Assembly (NCBI RefSeq): GCF_056746865.1
Contig: NZ_CM163382.1
Direction: 5' to 3' (one strand)
Length of the DNA: 64,000 bases
The position numbers and the translations under genes were made by a program. Shown in pieces: positions 41,604-53,768 of this stretch; the first letter of the stretch is position 1; each line of letters starts with the position of its first letter. The notes under the pieces are model-generated. The model searched no databases, was not told the origin of the DNA, and was given only the letters and a program-made list of their open reading frames with translations.

Positions 41604-42749
41604 ATGGCGATTCATGTAGAGCATGTCGGTGTATTAGAAAGAGCCAGAGAAGTTTCTCGCTTAGAGGACATTATCACAGAAGATAATGAAGATATTGAAG
41701 CTGAAATGCCTAAAATGGGGGATGATCCCGCCGGTAAAGAAGCTCGATTCTTACAAGCTACTGACGAGATGTCAGCAGCGTTAACGCAGTTTATGAAGAA
41801 AAAAATCTACGAAGAACAACTGGCCAACTTTCTGGACGGAGAAGAATATGTCCTGGAAGATCAGCCAATAGAAAAAACCGATAAAGTCATGGAGGCGCTT
41901 AAGGCTGCAACTACCCATGACTATGAAGTGTATAGCTTTGCTAAAAAATTATTTCCAGATGAAAGCGATCTGGTGGTTGTATTACGTGCAATTTTACGTA
42001 AAAAACAAATATCTGAAAATGTGCGGCTAAACGCTGAAGCATTACTTAGAAAAGTTAATCAAGAGACTACTAAAAAATTCATTAATAGTGGCATTAACTC
42101 GGCATTAAAAGCAAAGTTATTTGGCCAGGCATTGTCATTAAATCCAAAATTACTAAGGGCAAGTTATCGACAATTTTTAATGGCAGAAGACGATGCTGTA
42201 GATACTTATGTAGAATGGATTGGTAGTTATGGCTATCAAAATAGAATGCTAGTGACAAAATTTATCAAAGAGACGCTTTTCTCAGATATAAATGCACTTG
42301 ATGCGAGTTGTTCATCATTGGAATTTGGTATGTTTCTCAATAAGTTGTCACAACTATTGTCTCTTCAGTCGGCAGAGGCTTTATTTCTGAAAACTTTAAT
42401 GAATAACCCAATAATTAAAAAATTTATTAGCGCAGAAGATTACTGGATATTTTTTCTGATATCGTTAATAAAGTTTCCTGAGACTGCAGAGGAACTCCTG
42501 AAAAATGCACTGGTAACCCTACCCGCAGATGCTAATTATAAAGACAAAACGTTACTCCTGAAGGCGATTTACAGCGGATGTACAAATCTTCCATTTTCAC
42601 TTTTTATTAATAATGAACAATTATTAGAGATTAGGGAGTGTTGTAAACAGGCAATAAAAGTAACATTTGCAGCAGAGCTCTTTGATACACAAAACAGTAA
42701 TAAAAAACAAAATAAAAAACCATGGAAGAAGGTAATGTTCAATGTTTAA
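41604..42749 (+). CDS. eivE: T3SS gatekeeper (InvE/SepL/YopN family)
   Basis: Position between secretin and InvA genes; ATG 41604 after GGAGGA. Confidence 0.8.
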   Translation: MAIHVEHVGVLERAREVSRLEDIITEDNEDIEAEMPKMGDDPAGKEARFLQATDEMSAALTQFMKKKIYEEQLANFLDGEEYVLEDQPIEKTDKVMEALKAATTHDYEVYSFAKKLFPDESDLVVVLRAILRKKQISENVRLNAEALLRKVNQETTKKFINSGINSALKAKLFGQALSLNPKLLRASYRQFLMAEDDAVDTYVEWIGSYGYQNRMLVTKFIKETLFSDINALDASCSSLEFGMFLNKLSQLLSLQSAEALFLKTLMNNPIIKKFISAEDYWIFFLISLIKFPETAEELLKNALVTLPADANYKDKTLLLKAIYSGCTNLPFSLFINNEQLLEIRECCKQAIKVTFAAELFDTQNSNKKQNKKPWKKVMFNV

Positions 42750-44802
42750 CAAAGTTTTGATAGGGTTAAGGAGTCATCCAGAATTAATAATTCTTGGATT
42801 AATGGTGATGATTATCGCCATGCTCATAATTCCATTGCCCACCTACTTAATCGATTTTTTGATTGGGCTGAACTTAACATTGGCAATACTTGTGTTTTTA
42901 GGATCATTCTATGTTGATAGGATTTTAAGTTTTTCTTCATTCCCATCAATTCTTCTCATCACAACGTTATTTCGTTTGGCGCTGGCGATCAGTACCAGCC
43001 GACTTATACTTCTTGAGGCGGACGCCGGAGAAATTATAACGAGTTTTGGTGAATTCGTTATTGGAGATAGCCTGGTAGTTGGTTTTGTTATTTTCTCCAT
43101 TGTTACTATTGTTCAGTTTATCGTGATTACTAAAGGTTCGGAACGTGTGGCTGAAGTTGCTGCCCGCTTTTCGCTTGACGGTATGCCAGGTAAACAAATG
43201 AGTATTGACGCCGATCTACGCGCCGGGATCATTGATGCAGATTTAGCAAAAGAACGTCGTAGCGTATTAGAACGAGAGAGTCAGCTGTATGGTTCCTTTG
43301 ATGGTGCGATGAAATTTATCAAAGGTGATGCTATTGCAAACATTATTATTATCTTTGTTAATATTATCGGTGGGCTATCAGTAGGAGTAGGCCAAAATGG
43401 AATGGATTTCTCGACAGCGTTGACCGTCTACACAATTCTTACCGTCGGTGATGGTCTTGTTTCACAAATTCCAGCTTTATTAATTGCTATTAGTGCAGGG
43501 TTTATCGTAACGCGCGTGAATGGCGATAGTGATAATATGGGGCAAAATATAATGTCCCAGTTATTAAGTAATTCTTTTGTCATTATTGTGACATGTGTCC
43601 TCGCGCTAAGTATTGGGTTGCTTCCAGGTTTTCCCCTTCTTGTGTTTTTATGTTTGGCAGTAATCTTAGGAATTTATTTTTACTTTAAATTCAAAAAGAA
43701 AGGGGTTGAAGAAACGGTTGTTGAGGGAGATATCACCGTTGGGTTGGAACCCTATAATCAGGATGATGATATTTCATTAGGTATTATTAATAAACTTGAT
43801 CAGGTTATTACCGAAACGGTACCCTTGGTTTTGATTATGAATAGTGTACAGGCTAAAAAATACACTGAAATCAATCTTGCTGATAGGATTCGTAGTCAGT
43901 TTTTTATTGAGTATGGTATCCGTATTCCCGGTATTGTCATTCGCGAGGGGGAAGGCCTTAATGATGAAGATGTCATATTAATGCTAAATGAAGTCAGAGC
44001 CTCGCAATTTAAAATTTATCATGATCTTGTCTTGTTGGTTGAATATTCAGATGAAGTGGTTTCGACTTTGATCAAGAAACCTGTCATCGTAAATAATAAT
44101 GGTGAACAATATTATTGGGTTACAAAAAGTGATGCCCAAAAATTAACAAAAATTGGCTGTTATACTCGCACGGCCATGGATGAAATGTACAATCATTTAT
44201 CTGTATGTCTGGCTCATAATATTAATGAGTATTTTGGTATACAAGAAACCAAATATATTCTTGATCAATTAGAGATGAAGTATCCTGATCTATTAAAAGA
44301 AATATTAAGATATATAACCGTGCAGCGCATTTCAGAGGTAATTCAGCGTCTGATCCAGGAGCGAATTTCAGTGCGCAATATGCGTTTAGTTATGGAGGCT
44401 TTAGCATTATGGAGCCCACGAGAGAAAGATATAATTACACTCGTCGAGCATGTACGAGGTGCATTAGGTCGCTACATTTGCCATAAGTTTTCATATTCTG
44501 GAGAAATTAAAGCAATTGTGATTTCGCCTGAAATAGAGGACAGAATCAGAGATGGTGTCAGGCCTACCGCTGGCGGTACTTTTCTTAATCTCGATGCATC
44601 CGAAGCTGAGATGATTCTGGATAATTTTAAACTGGCTCTTTCTGGAATCAATATTCCTATTAAAGACATTATTTTACTGGGATCTGTGGATATTCGTCGT
44701 TTTATCAAAAAACTTATTGAATCTAGTTATCGAGACCTCGAAGTACTTTCGTACGGGGAACTAACGGAAAATGTTCCCGTTAATATTCTGAAAACTATTT
44801 AG
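42742..44802 (+). CDS. eivA: T3SS export gate protein (InvA/FlhA family)
   Basis: 686 aa; near-identical blocks to InvA ([55 protein letters not shown]). Confidence 0.95.
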   Translation: MFNKVLIGLRSHPELIILGLMVMIIAMLIIPLPTYLIDFLIGLNLTLAILVFLGSFYVDRILSFSSFPSILLITTLFRLALAISTSRLILLEADAGEIITSFGEFVIGDSLVVGFVIFSIVTIVQFIVITKGSERVAEVAARFSLDGMPGKQMSIDADLRAGIIDADLAKERRSVLERESQLYGSFDGAMKFIKGDAIANIIIIFVNIIGGLSVGVGQNGMDFSTALTVYTILTVGDGLVSQIPALLIAISAGFIVTRVNGDSDNMGQNIMSQLLSNSFVIIVTCVLALSIGLLPGFPLLVFLCLAVILGIYFYFKFKKKGVEETVVEGDITVGLEPYNQDDDISLGIINKLDQVITETVPLVLIMNSVQAKKYTEINLADRIRSQFFIEYGIRIPGIVIREGEGLNDEDVILMLNEVRASQFKIYHDLVLLVEYSDEVVSTLIKKPVIVNNNGEQYYWVTKSDAQKLTKIGCYTRTAMDEMYNHLSVCLAHNINEYFGIQETKYILDQLEMKYPDLLKEILRYITVQRISEVIQRLIQERISVRNMRLVMEALALWSPREKDIITLVEHVRGALGRYICHKFSYSGEIKAIVISPEIEDRIRDGVRPTAGGTFLNLDASEAEMILDNFKLALSGINIPIKDIILLGSVDIRRFIKKLIESSYRDLEVLSYGELTENVPVNILKTI

Positions 44803-44833
44803 GATAATGTCTTGCGATATGGAGCATGCTGGT

Positions 44834-46126
44834 ATGAAAAAATTAAAACTATTAAATAAATACAGCTACTTACATAGCATAAACGGCTCGCTGATTGAAG
44901 CAGAGCTTGACGACGTTTCAGTGGGCGAAGTATGCGAAATTTATGCGAGCTGGCAAGCAAATGAACGTATAGCCAGGGCTCAGGTCGTTGGCTTTCGCAA
45001 TGGAAAGACATTATTAAACCTTATAGGCAGCTCTGTGGGGCTTACACGTACTGCAGTTTTGAAACCAACGGGAGAGCAGTTAACCATACAGATCAGTGAT
45101 GCCTTTCTTGGTTCAGTTTTGAATGCTTCTGGTCAAATTATGGAAAGGTTTGTCCCGGACACTCCAGGCGAAAGGGGAAATTTACGCCTGATTGATGAAC
45201 TGCCACCGTCGTATCAGGAACGTCGAGTTATTAATACACCACTAGAGACACGGATAAGAGTCATTGATGGCGTACTGACATGTGGCATTGGTCAACGTGT
45301 TGGGATTTTCGCATCGGCTGGCTGTGGCAAAACGGTTTTAATGCATATGCTTGTAAACAACACTGAAGCTGATGTGTTTGTTATTGGCTTGATTGGCGAA
45401 CGTGGAAGGGAAGTTACGGAATGCGCGGAATCGCTGAAAAAATCAGTAAATGCAGCAAAATGTGTTTTGGTTTATGCCACCTCTGATTTTTCGTCAGTAG
45501 ATCGGTGTAATGCCGCCCTGATGGCGACAACCGTGGCAGAGTATTTTAGAGATCGTGGAAAGAGAGTTGTACTTTTTATCGACTCAATGACGCGGTATGC
45601 ACGAGCACTACGCGATATGAAGCTGGCAGCGGGTGAACCACCTGCCAGGCGTGGTTATCCTGCTTCTGTTTTTGACAGTTTACCTCGCTTACTGGAGAGG
45701 CCGGGACCAACATTAAAAGGAAGTATTACTGCGTTTTATACCGTATTACTGGAGGGGGAGGATGAATCAGACCCACTGGGTGATGAAATTCGCTCAATCC
45801 TTGATGGCCATATCTATCTAAGTCGCAAACTCGCTGGGCAAGGTCATTATCCGGCAATAGATGTACTAAAAAGTGTGAGTCGAGTATTTGGTCAGGTCAC
45901 TGATGAAAAACACAGAGATAATGCAGCACGGGTAAGGAAGATCCTCACAACTTTGGAAGATCTACAGGTGTTTATTGATTTAGGGGAATATCGCGCTGGG
46001 CAAAATGCTGAAAATGATTTTGCTATGAATGCCCGGCCTAAACTCACAAATTGGTTAAAACAGTCAGTTAATGAAAAAATGCCAATGAGTGAAACGCTAA
46101 AAGAGCTTGAACGAATTGTTAAGTAA
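44834..46126 (+). CDS. eivC: T3SS ATPase (InvC/SctN)
   Basis: Start at [10 protein letters not shown]; Walker [12 protein letters not shown]; extensive InvC-like sequence. Confidence 0.95.
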   Translation: MKKLKLLNKYSYLHSINGSLIEAELDDVSVGEVCEIYASWQANERIARAQVVGFRNGKTLLNLIGSSVGLTRTAVLKPTGEQLTIQISDAFLGSVLNASGQIMERFVPDTPGERGNLRLIDELPPSYQERRVINTPLETRIRVIDGVLTCGIGQRVGIFASAGCGKTVLMHMLVNNTEADVFVIGLIGERGREVTECAESLKKSVNAAKCVLVYATSDFSSVDRCNAALMATTVAEYFRDRGKRVVLFIDSMTRYARALRDMKLAAGEPPARRGYPASVFDSLPRLLERPGPTLKGSITAFYTVLLEGEDESDPLGDEIRSILDGHIYLSRKLAGQGHYPAIDVLKSVSRVFGQVTDEKHRDNAARVRKILTTLEDLQVFIDLGEYRAGQNAENDFAMNARPKLTNWLKQSVNEKMPMSETLKELERIVK

Positions 46127-46574
46127 AGTTAATCGACTTATCAGAAGAACAGCGCAGAGCCTGGCTGCATGTGAAGCATCATTACAAAAGTTAAATGCAG
46201 AAAAAGAAAAGTTAGTCGAAAAGGAACGCCTGTATGATATGCAACTTAAAAACCTACAGTCACTGTTAGATATGAAGGAATTACTCGGCGAAGTTGTATT
46301 TCGCCAGGATATATTTTACTCGTTACGTAAAGTTGCAGTCATTCAGCAGCAGATCGCTGAGATAAATCTTGAAAAGCAAAAAATAGCAGAGCGGCGAAAA
46401 ATACTTAACAAGGAAATAGTTCAACAGCAAGCACAAAGAAAACACTGGTGGCTAAAAGGAGAAAAGTACGATCGACTAAAGAAGCGCATCAAAAAACAAC
46501 TTTTAAATCAGATGCTTTATCAAGACGAGCTTGAACAGGAGGAGAAATATAATGGACGAAGTCAAGAAAATTGA
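46107..46574 (+). CDS. eivI: T3SS stalk protein (InvI/SpaM/SctO-like), coiled coil
   Basis: 155 aa coiled-coil protein right after ATPase gene. Confidence 0.65.
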   Translation: MNELLSKVNRLIRRTAQSLAACEASLQKLNAEKEKLVEKERLYDMQLKNLQSLLDMKELLGEVVFRQDIFYSLRKVAVIQQQIAEINLEKQKIAERRKILNKEIVQQQAQRKHWWLKGEKYDRLKKRIKKQLLNQMLYQDELEQEEKYNGRSQEN

Positions 46575-47427
46575 ACATTATAAAAATTTAAACACAGACA
46601 CATCCGAGAATTCTGCTGCGGATTTAGACAGTTTCTTAAAGAAAAACAAAAAAAATAAAGAAATGAGTGAGATTGTTGCTGGATCCATTCTCCAGTTATT
46701 ACGTCAGGCTCAGGATAGCCAATTCCTTACGTTTGGGAAAAAGAATGGGCAAATGAAGTCTATTGATAACAAATCGTCTCTCCAGGTTGACAGGAATTCT
46801 TCTTTTTCTTTGCAAACAAATGGAATAGAGCAACTTTCTACAAAGAAAGTCCTCAATATGACTTCACGAGATCAGGGTGTTAATTCTGAACTATCTGATA
46901 AAGCGATACAATTTAAGGGGGAAATCCATAATGGTATCCATACAGAAAACATCACGGTTCAAAACCACAGTAATAATAAAGAGCGTGAAAAAAAATATCG
47001 CGATGGAGACAAAAAAAATGGAGAGCAGGCCCATTTATTAGATATTACTAACGAAAGAAGGTTTGCTGATAACAAAACCATGTTTACTCAACATATCGAA
47101 AAGCAAAGGAATATTCATACGCTCAATCAGAATGATATAAATAATTCTGTTAATAGTGCCAATGTACCCGAAAATGAATTGACATATCAGTTTCAGCGTT
47201 GGGGACAGAATCATACAGTTCGGATTCTGGAAAGTAGTGAAGGGATACGACTAAAACCATCAGACACGATTGTCTCCGACAGACTCCATGAAGCCCAACA
47301 CAATGATGTTACAGCACAACGTTGGGTATTGACTGAGCAAGATGAACGACAAGGGCAACGACATCAGCCTCATGATGAGCAAGAAAATGAAGGTAAATTC
47401 GAAAACGATCAGAAGGACGAAAGTTAA
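46552..47427 (+). CDS. eivJ: T3SS needle-length regulator-like protein (InvJ/SpaN position)
   Basis: ORF 46531..47427; ATG 46552 after GGAGGAGA; low-complexity N/Q/S-rich; call by position. Confidence 0.6.
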   Translation: MDEVKKIEHYKNLNTDTSENSAADLDSFLKKNKKNKEMSEIVAGSILQLLRQAQDSQFLTFGKKNGQMKSIDNKSSLQVDRNSSFSLQTNGIEQLSTKKVLNMTSRDQGVNSELSDKAIQFKGEIHNGIHTENITVQNHSNNKEREKKYRDGDKKNGEQAHLLDITNERRFADNKTMFTQHIEKQRNIHTLNQNDINNSVNSANVPENELTYQFQRWGQNHTVRILESSEGIRLKPSDTIVSDRLHEAQHNDVTAQRWVLTEQDERQGQRHQPHDEQENEGKFENDQKDES

Positions 47428-48374
47428 TGTTCGGTCTGAGAAAAGTAAATGGAAACACTCATTCCTTTGAAACCACTTTTCAAAATTGGAAAGAAAAGGG
47501 TGAAGATGTTGCGTTATTAATGCCCGAATTTAGCGCCAAATGGCTACCGATAGCAGAAGAGAGCGGCAGCTGGTCTGGATGGGTGTTACTTCGAGAGTTA
47601 TTTCCCTTAATTTCTGCCGAGCTCGCTGGGATGGCTTTAATGCCAGAAACGGAAAGGTTAATAGGGGAATGGCTCAGTTTATCTAGTACCCCGTTAAATC
47701 TAAAGTATCCTGAACTAAAATATAATCGTTTGTGTGTCGGTAAAGTATTTGATGGAGTATTGAGTCCAGCTCAACCACTGATAAGAATATGGACAGGGGA
47801 ATTAAATATTTGGTTAGATAAAGTCACAGTCTGCCAATACGAAAACGCTCCAACGCTAGACAAAAAATCATTATATTGGCCCATTCATTTTGTAATTGGA
47901 TTTAGTAAAACATGTTATAGAACCATTGTTGATATTGAAGTTGGTGATGTTTTATTAATTTCAAATAATTTTGCTTATGCGGTTATTTATAATACAAAGA
48001 TTTGTGATTTAATTTATCCAGAGGAGTTAAAAATGGTTGATCATTTTGAGTACGAGGAAGATTTTGAAACAGATGACTTTGATATCAAAAAAAGCGAAAT
48101 CGAGATTAATGATGAAAATGACTATCAGCAGATTAATAGTTTTGAAGACTTGCCTGTAAAAATTGAGTTTGTTCTTGGAAAGAAAATTATGAATCTATAT
48201 GAAATAGATGATCTCTGTGCAAAAAGAATTATATCTTTGCTTCCTGAAGCGGAGAAAAATATAGAGATACGTGTAAATGGCGCGCTAACTGGCTATGGCG
48301 AACTTGTTGAAGTGGATGATAAATTGGGCGTAGAAATTCATTCTTGGTTATCAGGGAATAATAATGTCAAATAG
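47427..48374 (+). CDS. epaO: T3SS sorting platform/C-ring protein (SpaO/SctQ)
   Basis: 315 aa; position before SpaP/Q/R/S homologs. Confidence 0.8.
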   Translation: MFGLRKVNGNTHSFETTFQNWKEKGEDVALLMPEFSAKWLPIAEESGSWSGWVLLRELFPLISAELAGMALMPETERLIGEWLSLSSTPLNLKYPELKYNRLCVGKVFDGVLSPAQPLIRIWTGELNIWLDKVTVCQYENAPTLDKKSLYWPIHFVIGFSKTCYRTIVDIEVGDVLLISNNFAYAVIYNTKICDLIYPEELKMVDHFEYEEDFETDDFDIKKSEIEINDENDYQQINSFEDLPVKIEFVLGKKIMNLYEIDDLCAKRIISLLPEAEKNIEIRVNGALTGYGELVEVDDKLGVEIHSWLSGNNNVK

Positions 48375-49029
48375 CATTTCGCTGATAGCGATATTATCAT
48401 TATTTACACTATTACCGTTTATAATAGCATCCGGGACATGTTTTATTAAATTCTCGATTGTTTTTGTTATTGTACGAAACGCTTTGGGACTTCAGCAAGT
48501 GCCATCAAATATGACACTTAATGGGGTAGCTTTGCTATTGTCAATGTTCGTAATGATGCCGGTTGGGAAGGAAATATATAATAACAGTCAGAATGAGAAT
48601 CTTTCATTCAATAATGTTGCGTCGGTTGTTAATTTTGTTGAGACAGGCATGAGTGGTTATAAATCATATTTGATAAAATATTCTGAACCGGAGTTGGTTA
48701 GCTTTTTTGAAAAGATTCAGAAGGTGAATAGTTCTGAAGACAATGAAGAGATAATCGATGATGATAATATTTCAATTTTCTCGTTACTCCCGGCATATGC
48801 GTTGAGTGAGATAAAAAGTGCATTTATTATAGGTTTTTATATTTATTTACCCTTTGTTGTAGTTGATCTGGTTATATCCAGCGTTCTGTTAACGTTAGGT
48901 ATGATGATGATGAGTCCGGTAACCATATCTACACCGATAAAATTAATTCTGTTTGTCGCGATGGACGGTTGGACAATGTTATCGAAAGGACTCATTTTAC
49001 AATATTTTGACCTATCCATTAATCCCTGA
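48364..49029 (+). CDS. epaP: T3SS export apparatus protein SctR (SpaP)
   Basis: 221 aa polytopic membrane protein, FliP/SpaP-like. Confidence 0.9.
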   Translation: MSNSISLIAILSLFTLLPFIIASGTCFIKFSIVFVIVRNALGLQQVPSNMTLNGVALLLSMFVMMPVGKEIYNNSQNENLSFNNVASVVNFVETGMSGYKSYLIKYSEPELVSFFEKIQKVNSSEDNEEIIDDDNISIFSLLPAYALSEIKSAFIIGFYIYLPFVVVDLVISSVLLTLGMMMMSPVTISTPIKLILFVAMDGWTMLSKGLILQYFDLSINP

Positions 49030-49039
49030 GGAAAAAAAT

Positions 49040-49300
49040 ATGGACGACATTGTTTTTGCGGGGAATAGGGCGCTGTATCTGATTTTAGTTATGTCTGCAG
49101 GACCTATTGCAGTTGCGACATTCGTTGGTTTATTGGTAGGGCTTTTTCAAACGGTAACACAGTTGCAAGAACAGACGTTGCCATTTGGCGTCAAATTATT
49201 GTGCGTAAGTATTTGCTTTTTTTTAATGAGCGGATGGTATGGTGAAAAATTATATTCGTTTGGTATCGAAATGCTGAATTTAGCATTCGCGAGAGGATAG
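49040..49300 (+). CDS. epaQ: T3SS export apparatus protein SctS (SpaQ)
   Basis: Start at [47 protein letters not shown], FliQ/SpaQ signature. Confidence 0.9.
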   Translation: MDDIVFAGNRALYLILVMSAGPIAVATFVGLLVGLFQTVTQLQEQTLPFGVKLLCVSICFFLMSGWYGEKLYSFGIEMLNLAFARG

Positions 49301-49301
49301 C

Positions 49302-50069
49302 ATGGGGGAGGCGATGCTCTATCAGTTGCATAGTCTGCTGGCTGCTACAGCGCTCGGTTTTTGCCGATTGGCACCAACTTTCTATTTGTTACCATTTTTC
49401 GCCAGTGGGAATATACCAACAGTAGTCCGTCATCCAATAATAATAGTGGTATCATGTGCATTAGTTCAGCATTACCACTATGAATTATCTACCCTAAATG
49501 AAATAGATGTCGCTTTGTTTGCTGCCAGAGAAATTATCATAGGGTTGTTTATTGCTTGCTTATTAGCATCCCCATTTTGGATTTTCCTTGCTATAGGTAG
49601 CTTTATCGATAACCAACGTGGTGCAACGTTAAGTAGTACTTTGGATCCGGCTACAGGTGTCGATACATCGGAATTAGCAAGATTATTTAACCTTTTCTCT
49701 GCAGCAGTTTATCTTACTAACGGTGGATTGAACTTTATTCTGGAGACTCTATGGCAAAGTTATAACTTATGGCCTTCAGGAAATTTTAATTTTCCTAAAT
49801 TAGAGCCTTTATTCTCATATATTAATAATATAATGACTCATACTATCGTTTACGCAAGCCCCGTGATTGCGGTTATGCTGGGCGGTGAAGCTGTCCTGGG
49901 ATTGCTGGCACGTTATGCTTCACAACTAAATGCTTTTGCCATCTCACTGACTGTCAAAAGTGCGCTGGCATTTTTAATATTAATTATTTATTTTGGCCCA
50001 ATACTGGCTGAACGAGTTATGCCGTTATCCTTTTTCCAAGAACAATTGCAATTATACATTGATAAATAG
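49302..50069 (+). CDS. epaR: T3SS export apparatus protein SctT (SpaR), uninterrupted
   Basis: 255 aa multi-TM protein in one ORF. Confidence 0.88.
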   Translation: MGEAMLYQLHSLLAATALGFCRLAPTFYLLPFFASGNIPTVVRHPIIIVVSCALVQHYHYELSTLNEIDVALFAAREIIIGLFIACLLASPFWIFLAIGSFIDNQRGATLSSTLDPATGVDTSELARLFNLFSAAVYLTNGGLNFILETLWQSYNLWPSGNFNFPKLEPLFSYINNIMTHTIVYASPVIAVMLGGEAVLGLLARYASQLNAFAISLTVKSALAFLILIIYFGPILAERVMPLSFFQEQLQLYIDK

Positions 50070-50077
50070 AGTGTTTC

Positions 50078-51190
50078 ATGGCAAATAAAACTGAAAAGCC
50101 AACACAAAAGAAACTCCAGGATGCTTCTAAAAAAGGTCAAATTCTAAAAAGTAGAGACTTAACAGTCTCTGTAATAATGCTTGTGGGTACTTTATATCTC
50201 GGATATGTATTTGATGTGCATCACATTATGTCGATTCTTGAATACATCCTTGATCATAACGCTAAACCGGATATTTGGGACTATTTTAAAGCTATGGGGA
50301 TAGGTTGGTTGAAAACGATCATTCCTTTTTTGCTGGTTTGTATGTTTACAACAATACTTGTTTCATGGTTTCAAAGTAAAATGCAATTAGCAACTGAAGC
50401 TATTAAGTTTAAGTTTGATTCATTAAATCCAGTAAATGGCTTAAAACGTATATTTGGCTTAAAAACCGTAAAAGAATTTGTTAAAGCAATACTTTATATT
50501 ATTTTTTTTGCATTGGCGATCAAATTATTTTGGAGTAACCATAAATCACTGCTTTTTAAAACTCTTGATGGAGATATCATTTCTTTATTATCAGATTGGG
50601 GAGAGATGCTATTCCTTCTCATACTGTATTGTCTCGGCAGTATGATAATTGTCTTAATTTTTGATTTTATCGCTGAATATTTTTTATTTATGAAAGATAT
50701 GAAAATGGATAAACAAGAAGTTAAAAGAGAATACAAGGAACAAGAAGGAAGTCCAGAAATTAAGTCTAAACGCAGAGAGCGCCATCAAGAAATTCTTTCT
50801 GAGCAATTGAAATCTGATGTCAGTAATAGCCGTTTGATGATTGCCAACCCTACTCACATTGCCATAGGGATATACTTTAAGCCACATCTGTCACCTATCC
50901 CATTGATTTCTGTAAGAGAAACTAATGAGGTAGCATTAGCCGTAAGGAAATATGCAAAGGAAATCGGGATACCAATTATTACAGATAAAAAATTAGCACG
51001 AAAAATTTATGCTACCCATCGTCGCTACGATTATGTGAGCTTCGAAAATATAGATGAAATATTACGTCTTCTGCTGTGGCTTGAAGATGTGGAGAATGCC
51101 GGACAACCTGTTCCAGATGAACAGTTCTCTTCAGAAGATAAATTCATTGAGGGTGAAGACACAGAAATCGAGAATAAAGATAATAATTGA
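50078..51190 (+). CDS. epaS: T3SS export apparatus switch protein SctU (SpaS)
   Basis: 370 aa; autocleavage motif NPTH at ...MIANPTHIAIG... Confidence 0.93.
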   Translation: MANKTEKPTQKKLQDASKKGQILKSRDLTVSVIMLVGTLYLGYVFDVHHIMSILEYILDHNAKPDIWDYFKAMGIGWLKTIIPFLLVCMFTTILVSWFQSKMQLATEAIKFKFDSLNPVNGLKRIFGLKTVKEFVKAILYIIFFALAIKLFWSNHKSLLFKTLDGDIISLLSDWGEMLFLLILYCLGSMIIVLIFDFIAEYFLFMKDMKMDKQEVKREYKEQEGSPEIKSKRRERHQEILSEQLKSDVSNSRLMIANPTHIAIGIYFKPHLSPIPLISVRETNEVALAVRKYAKEIGIPIITDKKLARKIYATHRRYDYVSFENIDEILRLLLWLEDVENAGQPVPDEQFSSEDKFIEGEDTEIENKDNN

Positions 51191-51260
51191 ATAAATTAAT
51201 TTCTATCGTAGTCAGATATTTAAAAATAATCTACACGCAAAAAGCGTGTAGATTCATTAT

Positions 51261-51554
51261 TTAATGAGTTAAACGATCTTGCGAAATGAGAAGCAATTGA
51301 TACATACTCATCTCTTTATAAGCTGGAACTGTAGTAACCTGTGCAAATTCGCGATATAGCTTTTGCTCCAGTTCTGCTGAAGATATATATTCCGGGTGTT
51401 CGCTAAAGAACTGTCTTGCATCTACTATCGCTTGGGATTCGCCACTTCTTTTATTTTGATTCTCCTTTAATGAATTTTCTCTGGTGCATGCAGAGAGCAA
51501 CGATATCAGCGCGACAGTTATTATGATTTTACTATTATATCTTACTAATGACAT
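51261..51554 (-). CDS. Putative lipoprotein (97 aa)
   Basis: Signal peptide with lipobox LLSAC. Confidence 0.45.
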   Translation of the reverse strand: MSLVRYNSKIIITVALISLLSACTRENSLKENQNKRSGESQAIVDARQFFSEHPEYISSAELEQKLYREFAQVTTVPAYKEMSMYQLLLISQDRLTH

Positions 51555-51555
51555 A

Positions 51556-52056
51556 TCAACTTTCTCTTATGCAAGATTGGAGTTTAAAATAATGTTTATC
51601 CCATTCACAGAGTGCTATAAACAACTCAACAGTACCTTTTATGTTAAGTTTATTTAGGGCTCTTATTTTGTGATATGATACTGTTTTATAATCAATTCCT
51701 TTGATAATGGCTATTTGTTTTAACGAATAAGAAACACATAACCGCAGGATATCTATCTCATCATGGGTAAGTGGTTCTTGAGTGGAATACACATTTTGTG
51801 TATGAAGATTCGAAACCAGAAAATGCGTTAAATCAGATAATGTAATATTCTTATTGATCCTGATGAAATTGTTGCTCAAAAGGGTGTTTACAGGTTCTGT
51901 ATTTGGTTTGAGATTTCGATGTTGGTGCTCATCAATTACAACGAACGAATGTCCAAGATCAACCAACGCAACCAAATCGCTGTAATATTCCTTTTGGGAT
52001 GCTAATAATGCATTAGTGCCTACAGTGAAGTAGACATCACTGGAAAAGACTTGCAT
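51556..52056 (-). CDS. etrA: LuxR/NarL-family HTH regulator within T3SS island
   Basis: 166 aa; C-terminal LuxR-type HTH; located between epa and epr clusters. Symbol from memory of ETT2 literature. Confidence 0.6.
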   Translation of the reverse strand: MQVFSSDVYFTVGTNALLASQKEYYSDLVALVDLGHSFVVIDEHQHRNLKPNTEPVNTLLSNNFIRINKNITLSDLTHFLVSNLHTQNVYSTQEPLTHDEIDILRLCVSYSLKQIAIIKGIDYKTVSYHKIRALNKLNIKGTVELFIALCEWDKHYFKLQSCIRES

Positions 52057-52305
52057 ATGCCAACCTGCACTCTAAAATCATTTAGGGTAAATATTACGTG
52101 TAAAATTTAAAATAATGGTAATTGTTATATTTGCATATCAATGAGGGAATAGGGTGTATACCTTAAATTGCAAATAAAGTTATGTATGTAGGAATTTAAA
52201 ATGGTTCTCGAAAATTATAATCTTTTTATTGTGTGTCATCATAATTTGGTCATGAAATTTCCGTCTTGTTACACTACTCTAAACTAGAGCTTATGGAATT
52301 AGCGG

Positions 52306-53496
52306 GTGGTATTCATGGAAAATAATGATAAATTCTTATCACAAGACTTATTGGAATCTTATGCCATTCGTTTATTGAGCGGACCATTGAATGGATGCGA
52401 GTATGAAATACTTAATGGGCGTGTACTCGTTATCGTTGGTAATGATGTTTCGTTAGGAAGAAGTGATTCTTTTTCTGAGTTACCAGAGAATACGATAGTC
52501 ATTCCTTATGGAGAGCTTACAGGCAGTTTTGAGGTAATAATCACTACAGACCCTGATCTGGTTGTAACAATCAGAGAATTAACAGCACAAGAATCTGAAG
52601 ATAGAACGTTAACATTGAATCAGCAAATAGAAGTTTTAGGCCTCAAATTTGCTGTAAAAGTAAAAAATGAAGTTTGGCAGTATTCAATACCAGGTATTGT
52701 TGAAAATAACATTACTTCAACAAGACAACATTTCTTTAGAAGTACGCTGTTTAAATATGTAACGCTATTTTTTCTTTTTGCTATCATTTTTATAGCTTTT
52801 TATATTGTTAATGCCAGTAATGATCCGCAGCTGAGACATATCGATAAAATTCTTGTAAACAAAAATAGAAATTATGAAATTTTATATGGTAGGGATCATG
52901 TCATCTATATCAATACCAATAGTTTGGATGAAGCTGTCTGGGTCAAACAAGCACTGGAAAAAAATCAACCAGGAAAGCCAGTACGGGTGATAAATCCTGA
53001 TGATGAATCGATACGAATTTTTTCATGGCTTGCTGATAATTTCCCAGATCTACAATATTTTAAACTACAGCTATTAGATGCCAGTAATCCAAGACTGACA
53101 GTGAGTAAGCAACGGAATGCTATCACACAGCAACTAATCGATAATCTTATTAAAGGATTACTGCAAACTATGCCATATGCCAGCAATATAAGTATTGCGG
53201 TATTAGATGATAATGTATTGGAAAGTCAGGCAATTGAAACATTGTCGGCAATAGGTCTTTCTTATGAAAAATATAAAACAGCTAACAATGTATATTTCAA
53301 TATCATTGGTACGTTAAGCGACAGTGAATTAAATAAAATTAATAACTATGTCGACGAATATTATAAACAATGGGGTAAACAATATGTAAGATTTAATGTG
53401 AATTTGAAAAATCAGGATAAAAATAATAGTTCATTTAGCTACGGAGATAACCGATTCGAGAAGTCTCAAGGTAGCAAGTGGACATTTCAGGAATAA
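52306..53496 (+). CDS. eprH: T3SS inner-membrane ring protein (PrgH/SctD-like)
   Basis: 396 aa, single TM segment, position before needle gene. Confidence 0.7.
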   Translation: MVFMENNDKFLSQDLLESYAIRLLSGPLNGCEYEILNGRVLVIVGNDVSLGRSDSFSELPENTIVIPYGELTGSFEVIITTDPDLVVTIRELTAQESEDRTLTLNQQIEVLGLKFAVKVKNEVWQYSIPGIVENNITSTRQHFFRSTLFKYVTLFFLFAIIFIAFYIVNASNDPQLRHIDKILVNKNRNYEILYGRDHVIYINTNSLDEAVWVKQALEKNQPGKPVRVINPDDESIRIFSWLADNFPDLQYFKLQLLDASNPRLTVSKQRNAITQQLIDNLIKGLLQTMPYASNISIAVLDDNVLESQAIETLSAIGLSYEKYKTANNVYFNIIGTLSDSELNKINNYVDEYYKQWGKQYVRFNVNLKNQDKNNSSFSYGDNRFEKSQGSKWTFQE

Positions 53497-53509
53497 TTGA
53501 GGAGGACTT

Positions 53510-53749
53510 ATGGCAGATTGGAATGGTTATATTATGGATATCAGCAAACAATTTGATCAGGGCGTTGATGATCTGAACCAACAAGTTGAAAAGGCGTTGG
53601 AGGATTTAGCAACCAATCCTTCCGACCCGAAATTCCTTGCCGAATATCAGAGTGCATTAGCTGAGTATACATTATATCGAAATGCGCAATCTAACGTTGT
53701 AAAAGCGTATAAAGATCTTGATTCGGCAATCATACAAAACTTCCGCTAA
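53510..53749 (+). CDS. eprI: T3SS needle filament protein (PrgI/MxiH/SctF)
   Basis: 79 aa MADWNGYIMDISKQFDQGVDDLNQQVEKALEDL..., needle-subunit hallmark. Confidence 0.9.
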   Translation: MADWNGYIMDISKQFDQGVDDLNQQVEKALEDLATNPSDPKFLAEYQSALAEYTLYRNAQSNVVKAYKDLDSAIIQNFR

Positions 53750-53768
53750 ACTGGATAAGGATTTTATT